From Longimicrobiales bacterium (GTDB taxonomy: Bacteria > Gemmatimonadota > Gemmatimonadetes > Longimicrobiales > RSA9): DNA of 64,000 bases. A model generated the notes under the pieces. It saw only the letters and a program-made list of their open reading frames with translations, ran no database searches and was not told where the DNA came from. The stretch is taken from contig DATHVW010000104.1 in assembly GCA_035461085.1 (NCBI GenBank), positions 6,018 to 70,017 of the forward strand, given 5' to 3'. The stretch's first letter is position 1. Every line of letters starts with the position of its first letter. Positions 8,844 to 17,526 of the stretch are shown here, piece after piece. The position numbers were made by a program, and so were the translations under genes.

Positions 8844-8963
8844 ATGAAGGGCAAGTTCGCTGACGGCCGGCTGGTGCACGAGCCTACACGCGAGTTCCTC
8901 GCGGCCTTCCTGCGGGATTTCGCGGAGTGGATGGAACGGATGGGGGTTCCGTCGCTGAAGTGA
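8844..8963 (+). CDS. Possible 39-aa small ORF (MKGKFADGRLVHEPTREFLAAFLRDFAEWMERMGVPSLK)
   Basis: Below the track length cutoff and found by eye. About 33 of 38 third positions are G/C, as in genuine genes here. A strong hairpin follows directly. No clear Shine-Dalgarno. Confidence 0.3.
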   Translation: MKGKFADGRLVHEPTREFLAAFLRDFAEWMERMGVPSLK

Positions 8964-8965
8964 GA

Positions 8966-8995
8966 CCGGCCGGATGCGTGGCAGCATCCGGCCGG
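8966..8995. terminator. Bidirectional hairpin between the small ORF and the abgT-like gene
   Basis: Perfect 12-bp stem CCGGCCGGATGC/GCATCCGGCCGG with a 6-nt loop, sitting between convergent stops (8963 and 9003). No T-run. Confidence 0.6.
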
Positions 8996-9002
8996 AGTCC
9001 AC

Positions 9003-10562
9003 TCAGGGATAGACGTACGGCGCCTGCAGGCCGAGCGGTATGCCGACCAGCCAGTAGCCGATCAGGAACACGGTCCATGTGATCAGGAACGCGACGGAGT
9101 AGGGGAGCATCATGGAGACGAGCGTGCCGATACCCGTGCTCTTCACGTAACGCTGACTGAACACCACGACCAGAGGGAAGTACGGCATGAGCGGTGTGAT
9201 GATGTTGGTCGTGGAATCGCCGACGCGGTAGGCCGCCTGCGTCAGCTCCGGCGAGATCCCGAGCTCCATCAGCATGGGCACGAAGATGGGGGCCAGGAGC
9301 GCCCACTTCGCGGATGCGGAGCCGATCAGCAGGTTGACCATGCCCGTGAGCAGGATGATGCCGATGATCGTGAGCTGGCCGGGCATCGCAAGCGCCTTCA
9401 GCACTCCGGCACCCTTGAGTGCGAGCAGGGCCCCGATGTTCGAGCGTCCGAACGCCGCAATGAAGAGAGCGGCAAAGAAGGCGAGCACGATGTAATAGCC
9501 CATCGTGCTCATCGCCTTGCTCATCCCCTTGATGATGTCGCGGTGGCTCTCCACCGTCTTCGCGCCGTAGCCGTACGCGATGCCCGGCAGCAGGAAGAGC
9601 AGGAAAATGAGCGGCACGATCGCCTGCATCAGCGGCGCCGTCGATGCGGTCAGCTCGCCCTCGGGCGAACGCAGCGGCGCGCCCGCGGGAGCCGAGCCCA
9701 GAACGAGCACGGCCAGGCCGAGCGCGAACGCGATGCCGCCCCATACGAGCCCGCGACGCTCACGCGGTCCCAGCTCTTCCATCTGCGGGATCTCGTCGGG
9801 ATCACCGTCGATGGCGACATGGCGCAGCCGCGGCTCGACCACACGGTCCGTCAGGTACCAGCCGACCGCCACGATGAGGATGCTGGACACGCCGGTGAAG
9901 AACCAGTTGGACAGCGGATTGACGAGCCGCTCCGGTGCGATGATCTGTGCGGCTTCCTGCGTCAGGCCGGACAGCAGCGGATCCAGGCTCGACGGGATGA
10001 AGTTGGCGCTGAATCCGCCCGACACTCCGGCGAACGCGGCCGCAATTCCGGCCAGGGGATGGCGGCCGGCGGCATAGAAGATGACACCGCCGAGCGGGAT
10101 GACGAGCACATAGCCCGCGTCGGCCGCCGTGTGGCTGACGATGGCGACGAGTATCAGCATGGGCGTGAGCAGCTTCGGCGATGTGAAGCTGAGCATCCCC
10201 TTCAGACCGGCGTTGATGAAGCCCGTGTGCTCCGCGACGCCGACACCGAGCAGTGCGACGAGGACCACGCCGAGCGGATGGAAGCCCGTGAACGTCGTCA
10301 CCATCGTGGACAGGAACTCCGCGATCGCACTGCCCGTCAGCAGGTTCACGATCTGGATCGGCGCGTCCGTGCGCGGATCGATCTCGGAGAACGACATCGG
10401 TGCGAGGAGCGCGGACAGGCCCCACACCACGAACAGCAGGATCAGGAACAGCGCGGCCGGATCCGGCAGCGTATTGCCGGCGCGCTCGATCCAGTTCAGC
10501 GCACGATCGATGAATCGCGGCGGTGCGGTACCGGCCTCCGTCGGCGGATCGACTCTGTTCAT
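9003..10562 (-). CDS. AbgT family transporter (p-aminobenzoyl-glutamate transporter family)
   Basis: Polytopic membrane protein with AbgT-type N-terminus (FIDRALNWIERAGNTLPDPAALF...GFHPLGVVLVALLGVGVAE). Start set at MNRVDPP (ATG 10562), with the track N-extension trimmed. Confidence 0.85.
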   Translation of the reverse strand: MNRVDPPTEAGTAPPRFIDRALNWIERAGNTLPDPAALFLILLFVVWGLSALLAPMSFSEIDPRTDAPIQIVNLLTGSAIAEFLSTMVTTFTGFHPLGVVLVALLGVGVAEHTGFINAGLKGMLSFTSPKLLTPMLILVAIVSHTAADAGYVLVIPLGGVIFYAAGRHPLAGIAAAFAGVSGGFSANFIPSSLDPLLSGLTQEAAQIIAPERLVNPLSNWFFTGVSSILIVAVGWYLTDRVVEPRLRHVAIDGDPDEIPQMEELGPRERRGLVWGGIAFALGLAVLVLGSAPAGAPLRSPEGELTASTAPLMQAIVPLIFLLFLLPGIAYGYGAKTVESHRDIIKGMSKAMSTMGYYIVLAFFAALFIAAFGRSNIGALLALKGAGVLKALAMPGQLTIIGIILLTGMVNLLIGSASAKWALLAPIFVPMLMELGISPELTQAAYRVGDSTTNIITPLMPYFPLVVVFSQRYVKSTGIGTLVSMMLPYSVAFLITWTVFLIGYWLVGIPLGLQAPYVYP

Positions 10563-10693
10563 TGCGTCTGCACGTTTCGGTTGAACGCGTGCGGGGCGTG
10601 CCCGATGAGCACGCCGGCGCGGGGATCCACATATTGCATCGTCGAGGATGGCGCGGCCAGTACCGCCGCTCCGGTGACCCGCTACGGGAGGTA

Positions 10694-11587
10694 ATGATGG
10701 AGGACGGTTACGGCGTGGCACCGGCAGGGTACCGGCTGCCTCCGGAGTCGCGTCCGGGCCCGGTGCGTCTGCAGGTCAGTAACCTCGAGCGGTCCCTCGC
10801 CTTCTACGAAGGCCTGCTCGGGATGAACGTCATCGCACGGGACGGAGACGGAGTGCGCCTCGGCGCCGCCGGCAGCGACCGGACTCTGCTGGAGCTGCGT
10901 GCAGGTGCCGAGCCCCGCACGTCACGGGGCGGTCGGCTCGGCCTCTATCACTTTGCGGTGCTGCTGCCCGACCGCCCGTCGCTCGGCCGGCTCCTGTCAC
11001 ACCTCATGAGCCGCGGCGTGCACCCCGGCGCAGCGGATCACCTCGTGAGCGAGGCGCTGTATCTCCAGGATCCCGACGACCTGGGCATCGAGCTGTACCG
11101 CGACCGGCCGCGCTCCGAATGGACGACCCGCGGCGGTGAGCTGGCGATGTCCACCGACCCGCTCGACGGCGCCGCCATCATCGAGTCGGCCGAAGGCGAA
11201 TCCTGGGACGGCATGCCCGCCGGTACGACCATCGGACACGTACATCTGCACGTCGGAGACATCGCCGCCGCAAGGTCGTTCTACCATGACGCACTCGGCC
11301 TCGATGTCATGGTCTCCGGCTATCCCGGCGCACTCTTCATGGCCGCCGGCGGCTATCATCACCACCTCGGAGTCAACACCTGGGCCGGTGCCCATGCCGT
11401 GCCGCCCGCCGAGCACGAGCCGCAACTCCTCAGCTGGGACCTGGTGCTGCCGACCACCGCCGATGTCGCCGCCGCCGCTGACAGCCTGGCGCGCAACGGC
11501 TGCGTCGTATCACCCGAGGAGGTCGGCGGCAGCATCGCCCGCGATCCCTGGCAGACGCCGCTGCGGCTGACCGCCGTCACGGAATAG
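10694..11587 (+). CDS. Two-domain VOC/glyoxalase-family protein (CatE-like ring-cleavage dioxygenase family)
   Basis: Two glyoxalase-like halves (LQVSNLERSLAFYEGLLGM and HVHLHVGDIAAARSFYHDALGL). Start at MMEDG (10694). The 3' end overlaps the convergent cysK by 11 nt. Confidence 0.7.
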   Translation: MMEDGYGVAPAGYRLPPESRPGPVRLQVSNLERSLAFYEGLLGMNVIARDGDGVRLGAAGSDRTLLELRAGAEPRTSRGGRLGLYHFAVLLPDRPSLGRLLSHLMSRGVHPGAADHLVSEALYLQDPDDLGIELYRDRPRSEWTTRGGELAMSTDPLDGAAIIESAEGESWDGMPAGTTIGHVHLHVGDIAAARSFYHDALGLDVMVSGYPGALFMAAGGYHHHLGVNTWAGAHAVPPAEHEPQLLSWDLVLPTTADVAAAADSLARNGCVVSPEEVGGSIARDPWQTPLRLTAVTE

Positions 11588-12545
11588 CGAGCGCGTCCGC
11601 GTCCGGCATCTCGGAGTACACGGGATTCGACAGGTAGCGCTCGCCGAAGTCGCAGATGATCGACACGATGAGCTTCCCGGCGTTCTCCGGACGCGCCGCG
11701 ATCTGCAGTGCGGCCCACGTGATCGAGCCTGATGATATCCCCGCGAAGATCGCTTCCTCGCGCGCGAGCCGCCGCGTCGTCTCGAACGCGTCCTCGTTCG
11801 TGACACGCACCACCTCATCGAACACGTCCGTGTCGAGCACGTCCGGCACGAACCCCGCCCCGATGCCCTGCTGCTTGTGCGGTGACGGCTGCCCGCCCGA
11901 CAGGATCGCACTCTCCGCCGGCTCCACCGCCACGATGCGGATGTCCCGCTTCTGTTCGCGCAGGTATCGGCCAGCACCCGTGATCGTGCCGCCCGTACCG
12001 ATCCCCGACACGAAGATGTCCACGCGCCCCGCCGTGTCCGACCAGATCTCCGGACCCGTCGTGCGATAGTGGATGGCCGGATTCGCCGGATTCGCGAACT
12101 GCTGCGGGATCCACGCGCGATCGCCGAGCTCCGACGCGATCTCCTCCGCCCGCGCCATCGCCGCCTTCATCCCCTTCGCACCCTCCGTCAGCTCCACGCG
12201 CGCGCCCAGCGCCCGCAGCATGTTGCGCCGCTCCACCGTCATCGTGTCCGGCATCGTGAAGATGCAGCGATACCCGAGCACTGCCGCCGCGTATGCGATG
12301 CCGATCCCGGTGTTGCCGCTCGTCGGCTCCACGATCGTCATGCCCGGCTTCAACGCGCCTCGTGAGATCGCGTCCTCCACCATCGCGACACCGATCCGGT
12401 CCTTGACCGAGCTGAACGGATTGAATCCCTCGTGCTTCACCGCGATGCGCGCCGGCAATCCCTCCGTCAGCCGGTTCAGGTAGATCAGCGGCGTGCCGCC
12501 CACCGTCTTCGTGATGTCGTCGTAGATCCGCTCTTGCTGTCCCAT
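11577..12545 (-). CDS. cysK: Cysteine synthase A (O-acetylserine sulfhydrylase)
   Basis: PLP-lysine motif FNPFSSVKDR, TSGNTGIG, GIGTGGTITG. 322 aa from MGQQERIYDD. The track N-extension (84 aa) is rejected. Confidence 0.9.
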   Translation of the reverse strand: MGQQERIYDDITKTVGGTPLIYLNRLTEGLPARIAVKHEGFNPFSSVKDRIGVAMVEDAISRGALKPGMTIVEPTSGNTGIGIAYAAAVLGYRCIFTMPDTMTVERRNMLRALGARVELTEGAKGMKAAMARAEEIASELGDRAWIPQQFANPANPAIHYRTTGPEIWSDTAGRVDIFVSGIGTGGTITGAGRYLREQKRDIRIVAVEPAESAILSGGQPSPHKQQGIGAGFVPDVLDTDVFDEVVRVTNEDAFETTRRLAREEAIFAGISSGSITWAALQIAARPENAGKLIVSIICDFGERYLSNPVYSEMPDADALAIP

Positions 12546-12651
12546 GTCGTCTCCGGTGTTGTCGCTCGCGATCGGTGATCGTACAGCGACCGGTGACCGG
12601 CCGCGAACGCGAGTCGATCCAGCTGGAGGGAAGCGCCCGTATCTGGACCCA

Positions 12652-12688
12652 GTGCGGAATCCGCACGGCGCATGTGCGGATTCCGCAG
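12652..12688. promoter_or_regulatory. Tandem 15-bp palindromes GTGCGGA(A/T)TCCGCA(C/G), candidate enhancer (UAS) or operator
   Basis: Arms 12652-12666 and 12674-12688 are reverse complements (14/15). Each arm is itself near-palindromic. Centre-to-centre spacing is 22 bp. The site lies about 75 bp upstream of the GG-N10-GC promoter candidate. Confidence 0.5.
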
Positions 12689-12740
12689 TCCTTTTCCGCA
12701 GCAGCCCGCTGAAGTCGTTCTCTCCCAATGCCTCGTGATC

Positions 12741-12754
12741 GGCACAGGCGGTGC
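12741..12754 (+). promoter_or_regulatory. Sigma-54 type -24/-12 promoter candidate (GGCAC-N5-GTGC)
   Basis: GGCACAGGCGGTGC has GG and GC separated by 10 nt, as in the TGGCAC-N5-TTGC consensus. It lies 47-60 nt upstream of the adaptor gene ATG 12801. The operon encodes a GAFTGA-containing activator. Confidence 0.45.
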
Positions 12755-12800
12755 CTTTACCGGGCCCGAGAAGACGACAACCGGAACAACAGGACATGTC

Positions 12801-14093
12801 ATGAAGAGGAAGATCTGGATTCCCGCCGCGATGGTCGCCCTGGCGCTGGTGGTGTGGGCGTTCGTCGGACGCGACGCCGCGGACGCGGAATCATACCGGT
12901 TCGTGGCCGTGGAGCAGGGCACGATCGAGACGGTGGTGACGAGCACGGGGGTGCTGCAGCCGACCGAGACGGTGGAGGTCGGCACCCAGGTGTCGGGCCA
13001 GGTCGCGGAGCTGTTTGCCGACTTCAACGACCGGGTGAAGAAGGGTCAGCTGCTGGCGCGGATCGATCCGGTGATCCTGCAGCAGGAAGTGCAGTCGTCG
13101 CAGGCGACGGTGATGCGCAATCAGGCGGAGGTCGATCAGGCGGAGCGAGCGCTTGCGCGATCGAAGGATCTGTTCGCCGAGAAAGTGATCACGGAGACGG
13201 AGCTGGAGCAGGCGCAGTACAGCTTCACGGTGGCGAAGGCGGCGTTCACGTCCGCGCAGGTCGGGCTGGAGCGGGCGCGACGCAACCTGGCGTATACGGA
13301 GATCCGCGCACCGATCGACGGCATCATCGTCGAGCGTGCGGCCGATCTCGGGCAGACGGTGTCGGCGAGCACGTCGGCGCCGACGCTGTTCCTGCTGGCG
13401 CAGGACCTGTCGCAGATGGAGATCCTGGCATCGGTCGATGAGAACGACATCGGCCGGATCTCGAGCGGCCAGGCGGTGCGCTTCACGGTTCAGGCATACG
13501 GCGACCAGGAGTTCACGGGTGTCGTGAAGCAGGTGCGCCTGCAGTCGGTGAAGCAGGACAACGTGGTCAGCTACAGCGTCGTGATCGGCGTGGCGAACCC
13601 GGACCTGCGACTGCTGCCGGCCATGACCGCAACGGTCGAGTTCATCGTGGCGCGGGCCGATGACGTGCTGAAGGTGCCGAACGCGGCGCTGCGGTTCCAG
13701 CCGACGGAGGAGATGCGCGCGACGGCGAAGGCGAGCCGGCAGGCCGCCAACGGGTCCGGCGACGCAGCAGCGCCTGAAGGCGAGCGGTCCGTGCGGAGTG
13801 GTGCGGCACGGCCGACGGACGGGCAGGCGGTGACGCGGGGGACCGGAACGGCGGCGCGGGGAACGGGGACGGCGCCCCGCAGCGTGCTGTGGCTGATCGA
13901 TGACAGCGGTGCTCCGAAGATGGTGCCGGTGCAGACCGGCCTGACAGATGGGCAGAGCACGGAAGTACGCGGCCCCGGCGTGAGCGAAGGCATGCAGGTG
14001 ATCGCCGGCACGACGGGCGGCACCGGCACGCAGGCGGCACCGAACCCGTTCCAGAGCACTCAGCGTGCGCCGGCCGGCCCCGGCCGGTTCTAG
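12801..14093 (+). CDS. Efflux periplasmic adaptor (MacA/HlyD-type membrane fusion protein)
   Basis: N-terminal anchor, lipoyl/barrel motifs (VEVGTQVSGQVAELFADFNDRVKKGQLLARIDP, YTEIRAPIDGIIVER), coiled-coil middle. Start at MKRKIW. Confidence 0.85.
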   Translation: MKRKIWIPAAMVALALVVWAFVGRDAADAESYRFVAVEQGTIETVVTSTGVLQPTETVEVGTQVSGQVAELFADFNDRVKKGQLLARIDPVILQQEVQSSQATVMRNQAEVDQAERALARSKDLFAEKVITETELEQAQYSFTVAKAAFTSAQVGLERARRNLAYTEIRAPIDGIIVERAADLGQTVSASTSAPTLFLLAQDLSQMEILASVDENDIGRISSGQAVRFTVQAYGDQEFTGVVKQVRLQSVKQDNVVSYSVVIGVANPDLRLLPAMTATVEFIVARADDVLKVPNAALRFQPTEEMRATAKASRQAANGSGDAAAPEGERSVRSGAARPTDGQAVTRGTGTAARGTGTAPRSVLWLIDDSGAPKMVPVQTGLTDGQSTEVRGPGVSEGMQVIAGTTGGTGTQAAPNPFQSTQRAPAGPGRF

Positions 14094-14101
14094 GAGGCAT
14101 C

Positions 14102-14854
14102 ATGGCGAACGTGATCGAGGCGCGCGGGCTGGAGAAGGTATACCGCATGGGCAGCACGGAAGTGCGGGCGCTGCGCGGCGTGGATGTGACGATCGGCGCG
14201 GGCGAGATGGTGGCGATCATGGGCACATCGGGCTCGGGCAAGTCCACGCTGATGAACATTCTCGGATGTCTGGACCGGCCGAGCAGCGGCAGCTACACGC
14301 TGGATGATGTGCGCGTGGATGAGCTCACGAAGGACCAGCTGGCGGACATCAGGAATCGCAAGCTCGGCTTCGTGTTCCAGGGCTTCAACCTGCTCGCGCG
14401 GACGAGTGCGCTGGAGAACGTCGAGCTGCCGCTGCTCTATGACCGGTCGGGACGGAAGCTGGACACGCGGGCGCTGGCGACCGCGGCACTCGAGCGTGTC
14501 GGGCTCGGTGAGCGGCTCGACCACGATCCGGGCGAGCTGTCGGGCGGCCAGCAGCAGCGTGTGGCGATTGCCCGCGCGCTCGTGACGCAGCCGGCATTGC
14601 TGCTCGCCGACGAGCCCACCGGCAACCTGGACACACGCACCTCCATGGAGGTGATGGCGCTGTTCCAGGAGCTGAACGATGAGGGTGTGACAGTGATGCT
14701 GGTCACGCACGAGCACGACATCGCGGAATACGCGAAGCGTGTGATCGAGCTGCGTGACGGCAGGATCATTCGGGATGAGGCAGTGCACAACCGGCGCATT
14801 GCCGCGCTCGACGCGGCAGGCGCAGTCACATACGAGATGGCAGGTGCCGCATGA
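14102..14854 (+). CDS. MacB/LolD-type ABC transporter ATP-binding protein
   Basis: Walker A GTSGSGKST, signature LSGGQQQR, Walker B LLLADEPTGNLD. Confidence 0.9.
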   Translation: MANVIEARGLEKVYRMGSTEVRALRGVDVTIGAGEMVAIMGTSGSGKSTLMNILGCLDRPSSGSYTLDDVRVDELTKDQLADIRNRKLGFVFQGFNLLARTSALENVELPLLYDRSGRKLDTRALATAALERVGLGERLDHDPGELSGGQQQRVAIARALVTQPALLLADEPTGNLDTRTSMEVMALFQELNDEGVTVMLVTHEHDIAEYAKRVIELRDGRIIRDEAVHNRRIAALDAAGAVTYEMAGAA

Positions 14855-16068
14855 AGGCAGTCGTGATGGTCCGCGTGGCAGTCCAGAGCATCGTCAAGAA
14901 CGCAATGCGCACGCTGCTCACAATGCTCGGCATCATCATCGGCGTCGGCGCCGTCATCATCATGGTGGCGGTCGGCGCGGGGGCACAGGCCCAGATCGAG
15001 CGCCAGGTGCAGGGTCTCGGGACGAACATGCTGGTGGTGACGGCCGGCGCCGCGCAGACGGGCGGCGTCAGTCAGGGTGCGCAGACGTTCAACCGGCTGA
15101 CCGTCGCGGACGTGGACGCGATCGATTCGCAGAACACACTGCTCGCCGCGGTGTCACCGGTGATCGTCACGCGACTGCAGGTGGTCGGCGGCGAGGGCAA
15201 CTGGCGCACGATGATCAACGGGGTGGACACCGACTACACGCAGATCCGCGACTGGGCCGTGGAGTCGGGGGTGTTCTTCGACGATTCGGATGTGAAGGCC
15301 ATGCGCAAGGTGGCGGTGCTCGGTGCGACCGTCGCAGCGAACCTGTTCCCGAACGGTGATGCGGTCGGACAGCAGCTGCGCGTGCGGGACGTGCCGTTCA
15401 CGATCGTGGGCGTGCTCGCAGCCAAGGGGCAGACGGCAGAGGGCACTGACCAGGACGATGTGGTGCTGGCGCCGTACTCGACCGTGCAGACGCGGCTCAG
15501 CGGCCGCACGTTCATCGCCCAGATCCTGGCCAGCACGTTCAACCCTCAGGACGTGACGGGCGCACAGGCGGAGATCGCCGCGATCATGCGCGACGGTCAT
15601 GGCCTCGCGCCGAACGAGCCGGATGACTTCCAGGTCCGCAATCAGGCTGAGCTGGCGGATGCGGCACAGGGGACGACGCAGGTCATGACGCTCCTGCTGG
15701 CGGCCATCGCGAGCATCTCACTGCTGGTCGGCGGTATCGGCATCATGAACATCATGCTGGTGTCCGTGACCGAGCGCACGCGCGAGATCGGGCTGCGCCT
15801 CGCGCTCGGCGCACGCGGCAGCGACGTGCAGACGCAGTTTCTGATCGAGAGCGTCGTCATGTCGGTCGCCGGCGGGCTGCTCGGCGTCGCGCTCGGCTAC
15901 ACGGGCAGTGCGGTCGTTGCCGGCGTCACGGGCTGGAGCACGCTGATCTCCCCGCCCACCGTGATGATGGCGCTCGGGTTCGCCGGCGCGGTCGGCATCT
16001 TCTTCGGCTTCTATCCGGCGCGGCGCGCGGCGGGCCTGGATCCGATCGAGGCGCTGCGGTACGAGTGA
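14851..16068 (+). CDS. MacB-type ABC transporter permease (FtsX domain)
   Basis: MacB_PCD-like periplasmic domain between TM1 and TM2, and a C-terminal FtsX region (TERTREIGLRLALGARGSDV). The start overlaps the upstream stop. Confidence 0.85.
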   Translation: MKAVVMVRVAVQSIVKNAMRTLLTMLGIIIGVGAVIIMVAVGAGAQAQIERQVQGLGTNMLVVTAGAAQTGGVSQGAQTFNRLTVADVDAIDSQNTLLAAVSPVIVTRLQVVGGEGNWRTMINGVDTDYTQIRDWAVESGVFFDDSDVKAMRKVAVLGATVAANLFPNGDAVGQQLRVRDVPFTIVGVLAAKGQTAEGTDQDDVVLAPYSTVQTRLSGRTFIAQILASTFNPQDVTGAQAEIAAIMRDGHGLAPNEPDDFQVRNQAELADAAQGTTQVMTLLLAAIASISLLVGGIGIMNIMLVSVTERTREIGLRLALGARGSDVQTQFLIESVVMSVAGGLLGVALGYTGSAVVAGVTGWSTLISPPTVMMALGFAGAVGIFFGFYPARRAAGLDPIEALRYE

Positions 16069-16135
16069 GCGGGAGCTGAAGCGACAGGCAGGGCGAGAAA
16101 CAGGCGGGGTCACGGATCAACGGTGGACAAGGACG

Positions 16136-17473
16136 ATGATCATGGCACACATACATGGATTGCGACGGGCGGGTGCGGTCGTGGCGATCGCGCTCGGGAT
16201 CGGCAGCGGGGTTTCCGCACAGACGCCCACGCTCGTCACGTTCGACGAGGCGATCGGCATCGCGCTCCGGCAGAGCAGTGCGATAGCGCGGTCGGAGAAT
16301 ACGCAGACATTGAACGCGCTGGCAGTGTCGGACGCCAGGATGAGCTTCCTCCCCGACCTGCGGCTGAGCACGTCCGGATCGCAGGACCTGCAGTCGAGCG
16401 GCATCGGCGGGGCGTCGCAGTCGATGAATGCGCGGCTGTCGTCGAGTGTGACGCTGTTCGACGGCTTCGCGAACATGGCGAACCTGCGCAGCGCCGAGCT
16501 CCAGGAAACGGCCGGCTCCATGGATGGGGCGCGGACGCGCCAGGATGTGGTATTCTCCGTGATCTCGGGATACCTGACGCTGATCGAAGCGCGCGAGCAG
16601 GTGCGGGTGGCGGAGGACAATCTTGCGGCACAGACGGATCGCGAGGCGGAGCTCGAGATCCTCGTGGATCGCGGCAGCCGCCCGATCGCCGATCTGTACC
16701 AGCAGCGGGCGACGGCTGCGGCCGCGCGCTCGACTCTCGTGGAGGCGGAGCGCTCGCGTGAGCTGGCTGAAGTGACGCTGGTGCAGGCGCTGCGGCTGGA
16801 CGCGGCAGGCGAGTACGAGTTCGAGGCGCCGGCGATCGCGGATGCGGCGCGCGATGTCCTGCTCGACGTGCCCACTCTCGTCGAGCAGGCGTTGCAGCAA
16901 CGCGCGGACATTGCGGCTCTCGCCGCGCGCACCAACGCGGCAGAGCAGGAAGTGCGTGCCGCGGCAGCAACGCGGCTGCCGACCGTGTCCCTGTCCGCCG
17001 GCTACGGCGCGAACTACTCGAGCGCTGCCGAGCTCGGCCTGACCGATCAGCTCGACCAGTCCCGCGGCGGCTCCGTGAGCCTGTCGGTGTCGGTCCCGCT
17101 GTTCGACCGCCTGACGAGCGGACGCGCGATCGAGCGCGCGAACGTGCAGGTGGACAATGCGCGACTCAGCCTGGAAGATCAGCGTCACCAGGTGGCGCTC
17201 GAGGTTAAGCGGGCGGTGCTGGATCGTGAAGCCGCGGTGGCGCGGCTGGATGCGGCCGACGCGCGCGTCGCCGCGGCCGAGCAGGCACTCACCGCGACCG
17301 AAGCACGTTATGATGCCGGTGTGGCGACTCTGTTCGAGGTGACCCAGTCCCGTACCGCTTACGTCGATGCAGTGAGTGCGCAGGTCCGCGCACGCTACAC
17401 GCTGGTGTACCAGGACCAGGTGCTGGATTACTACACAGGCAGCATGGACGCAGGCGCACGTCTCACGAACTGA
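16136..17473 (+). CDS. TolC family outer-membrane efflux protein
   Basis: Signal peptide, two OEP repeats (coiled-coil rich, LEAERSRELAEVTLVQAL, ATEARYDAGVATLFEV). 445 aa. Confidence 0.85.
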   Translation: MIMAHIHGLRRAGAVVAIALGIGSGVSAQTPTLVTFDEAIGIALRQSSAIARSENTQTLNALAVSDARMSFLPDLRLSTSGSQDLQSSGIGGASQSMNARLSSSVTLFDGFANMANLRSAELQETAGSMDGARTRQDVVFSVISGYLTLIEAREQVRVAEDNLAAQTDREAELEILVDRGSRPIADLYQQRATAAAARSTLVEAERSRELAEVTLVQALRLDAAGEYEFEAPAIADAARDVLLDVPTLVEQALQQRADIAALAARTNAAEQEVRAAAATRLPTVSLSAGYGANYSSAAELGLTDQLDQSRGGSVSLSVSVPLFDRLTSGRAIERANVQVDNARLSLEDQRHQVALEVKRAVLDREAAVARLDAADARVAAAEQALTATEARYDAGVATLFEVTQSRTAYVDAVSAQVRARYTLVYQDQVLDYYTGSMDAGARLTN

Positions 17474-17526
17474 CCGGACATGACGCCTACTCACGAACCG
17501 ACCGGACACGATCAGGCGGAAGGCTC

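Noticed and set aside
17474-17526. CCGGACATG / CCGGACACG direct repeat in the tolC-kinase spacer, sharing a 9-mer with the cores of elements A and B
   Set aside because: This shows the 9-mer is not rare in this genome, so the shared core 9-mers are weak evidence on their own. No stem structure is present here.
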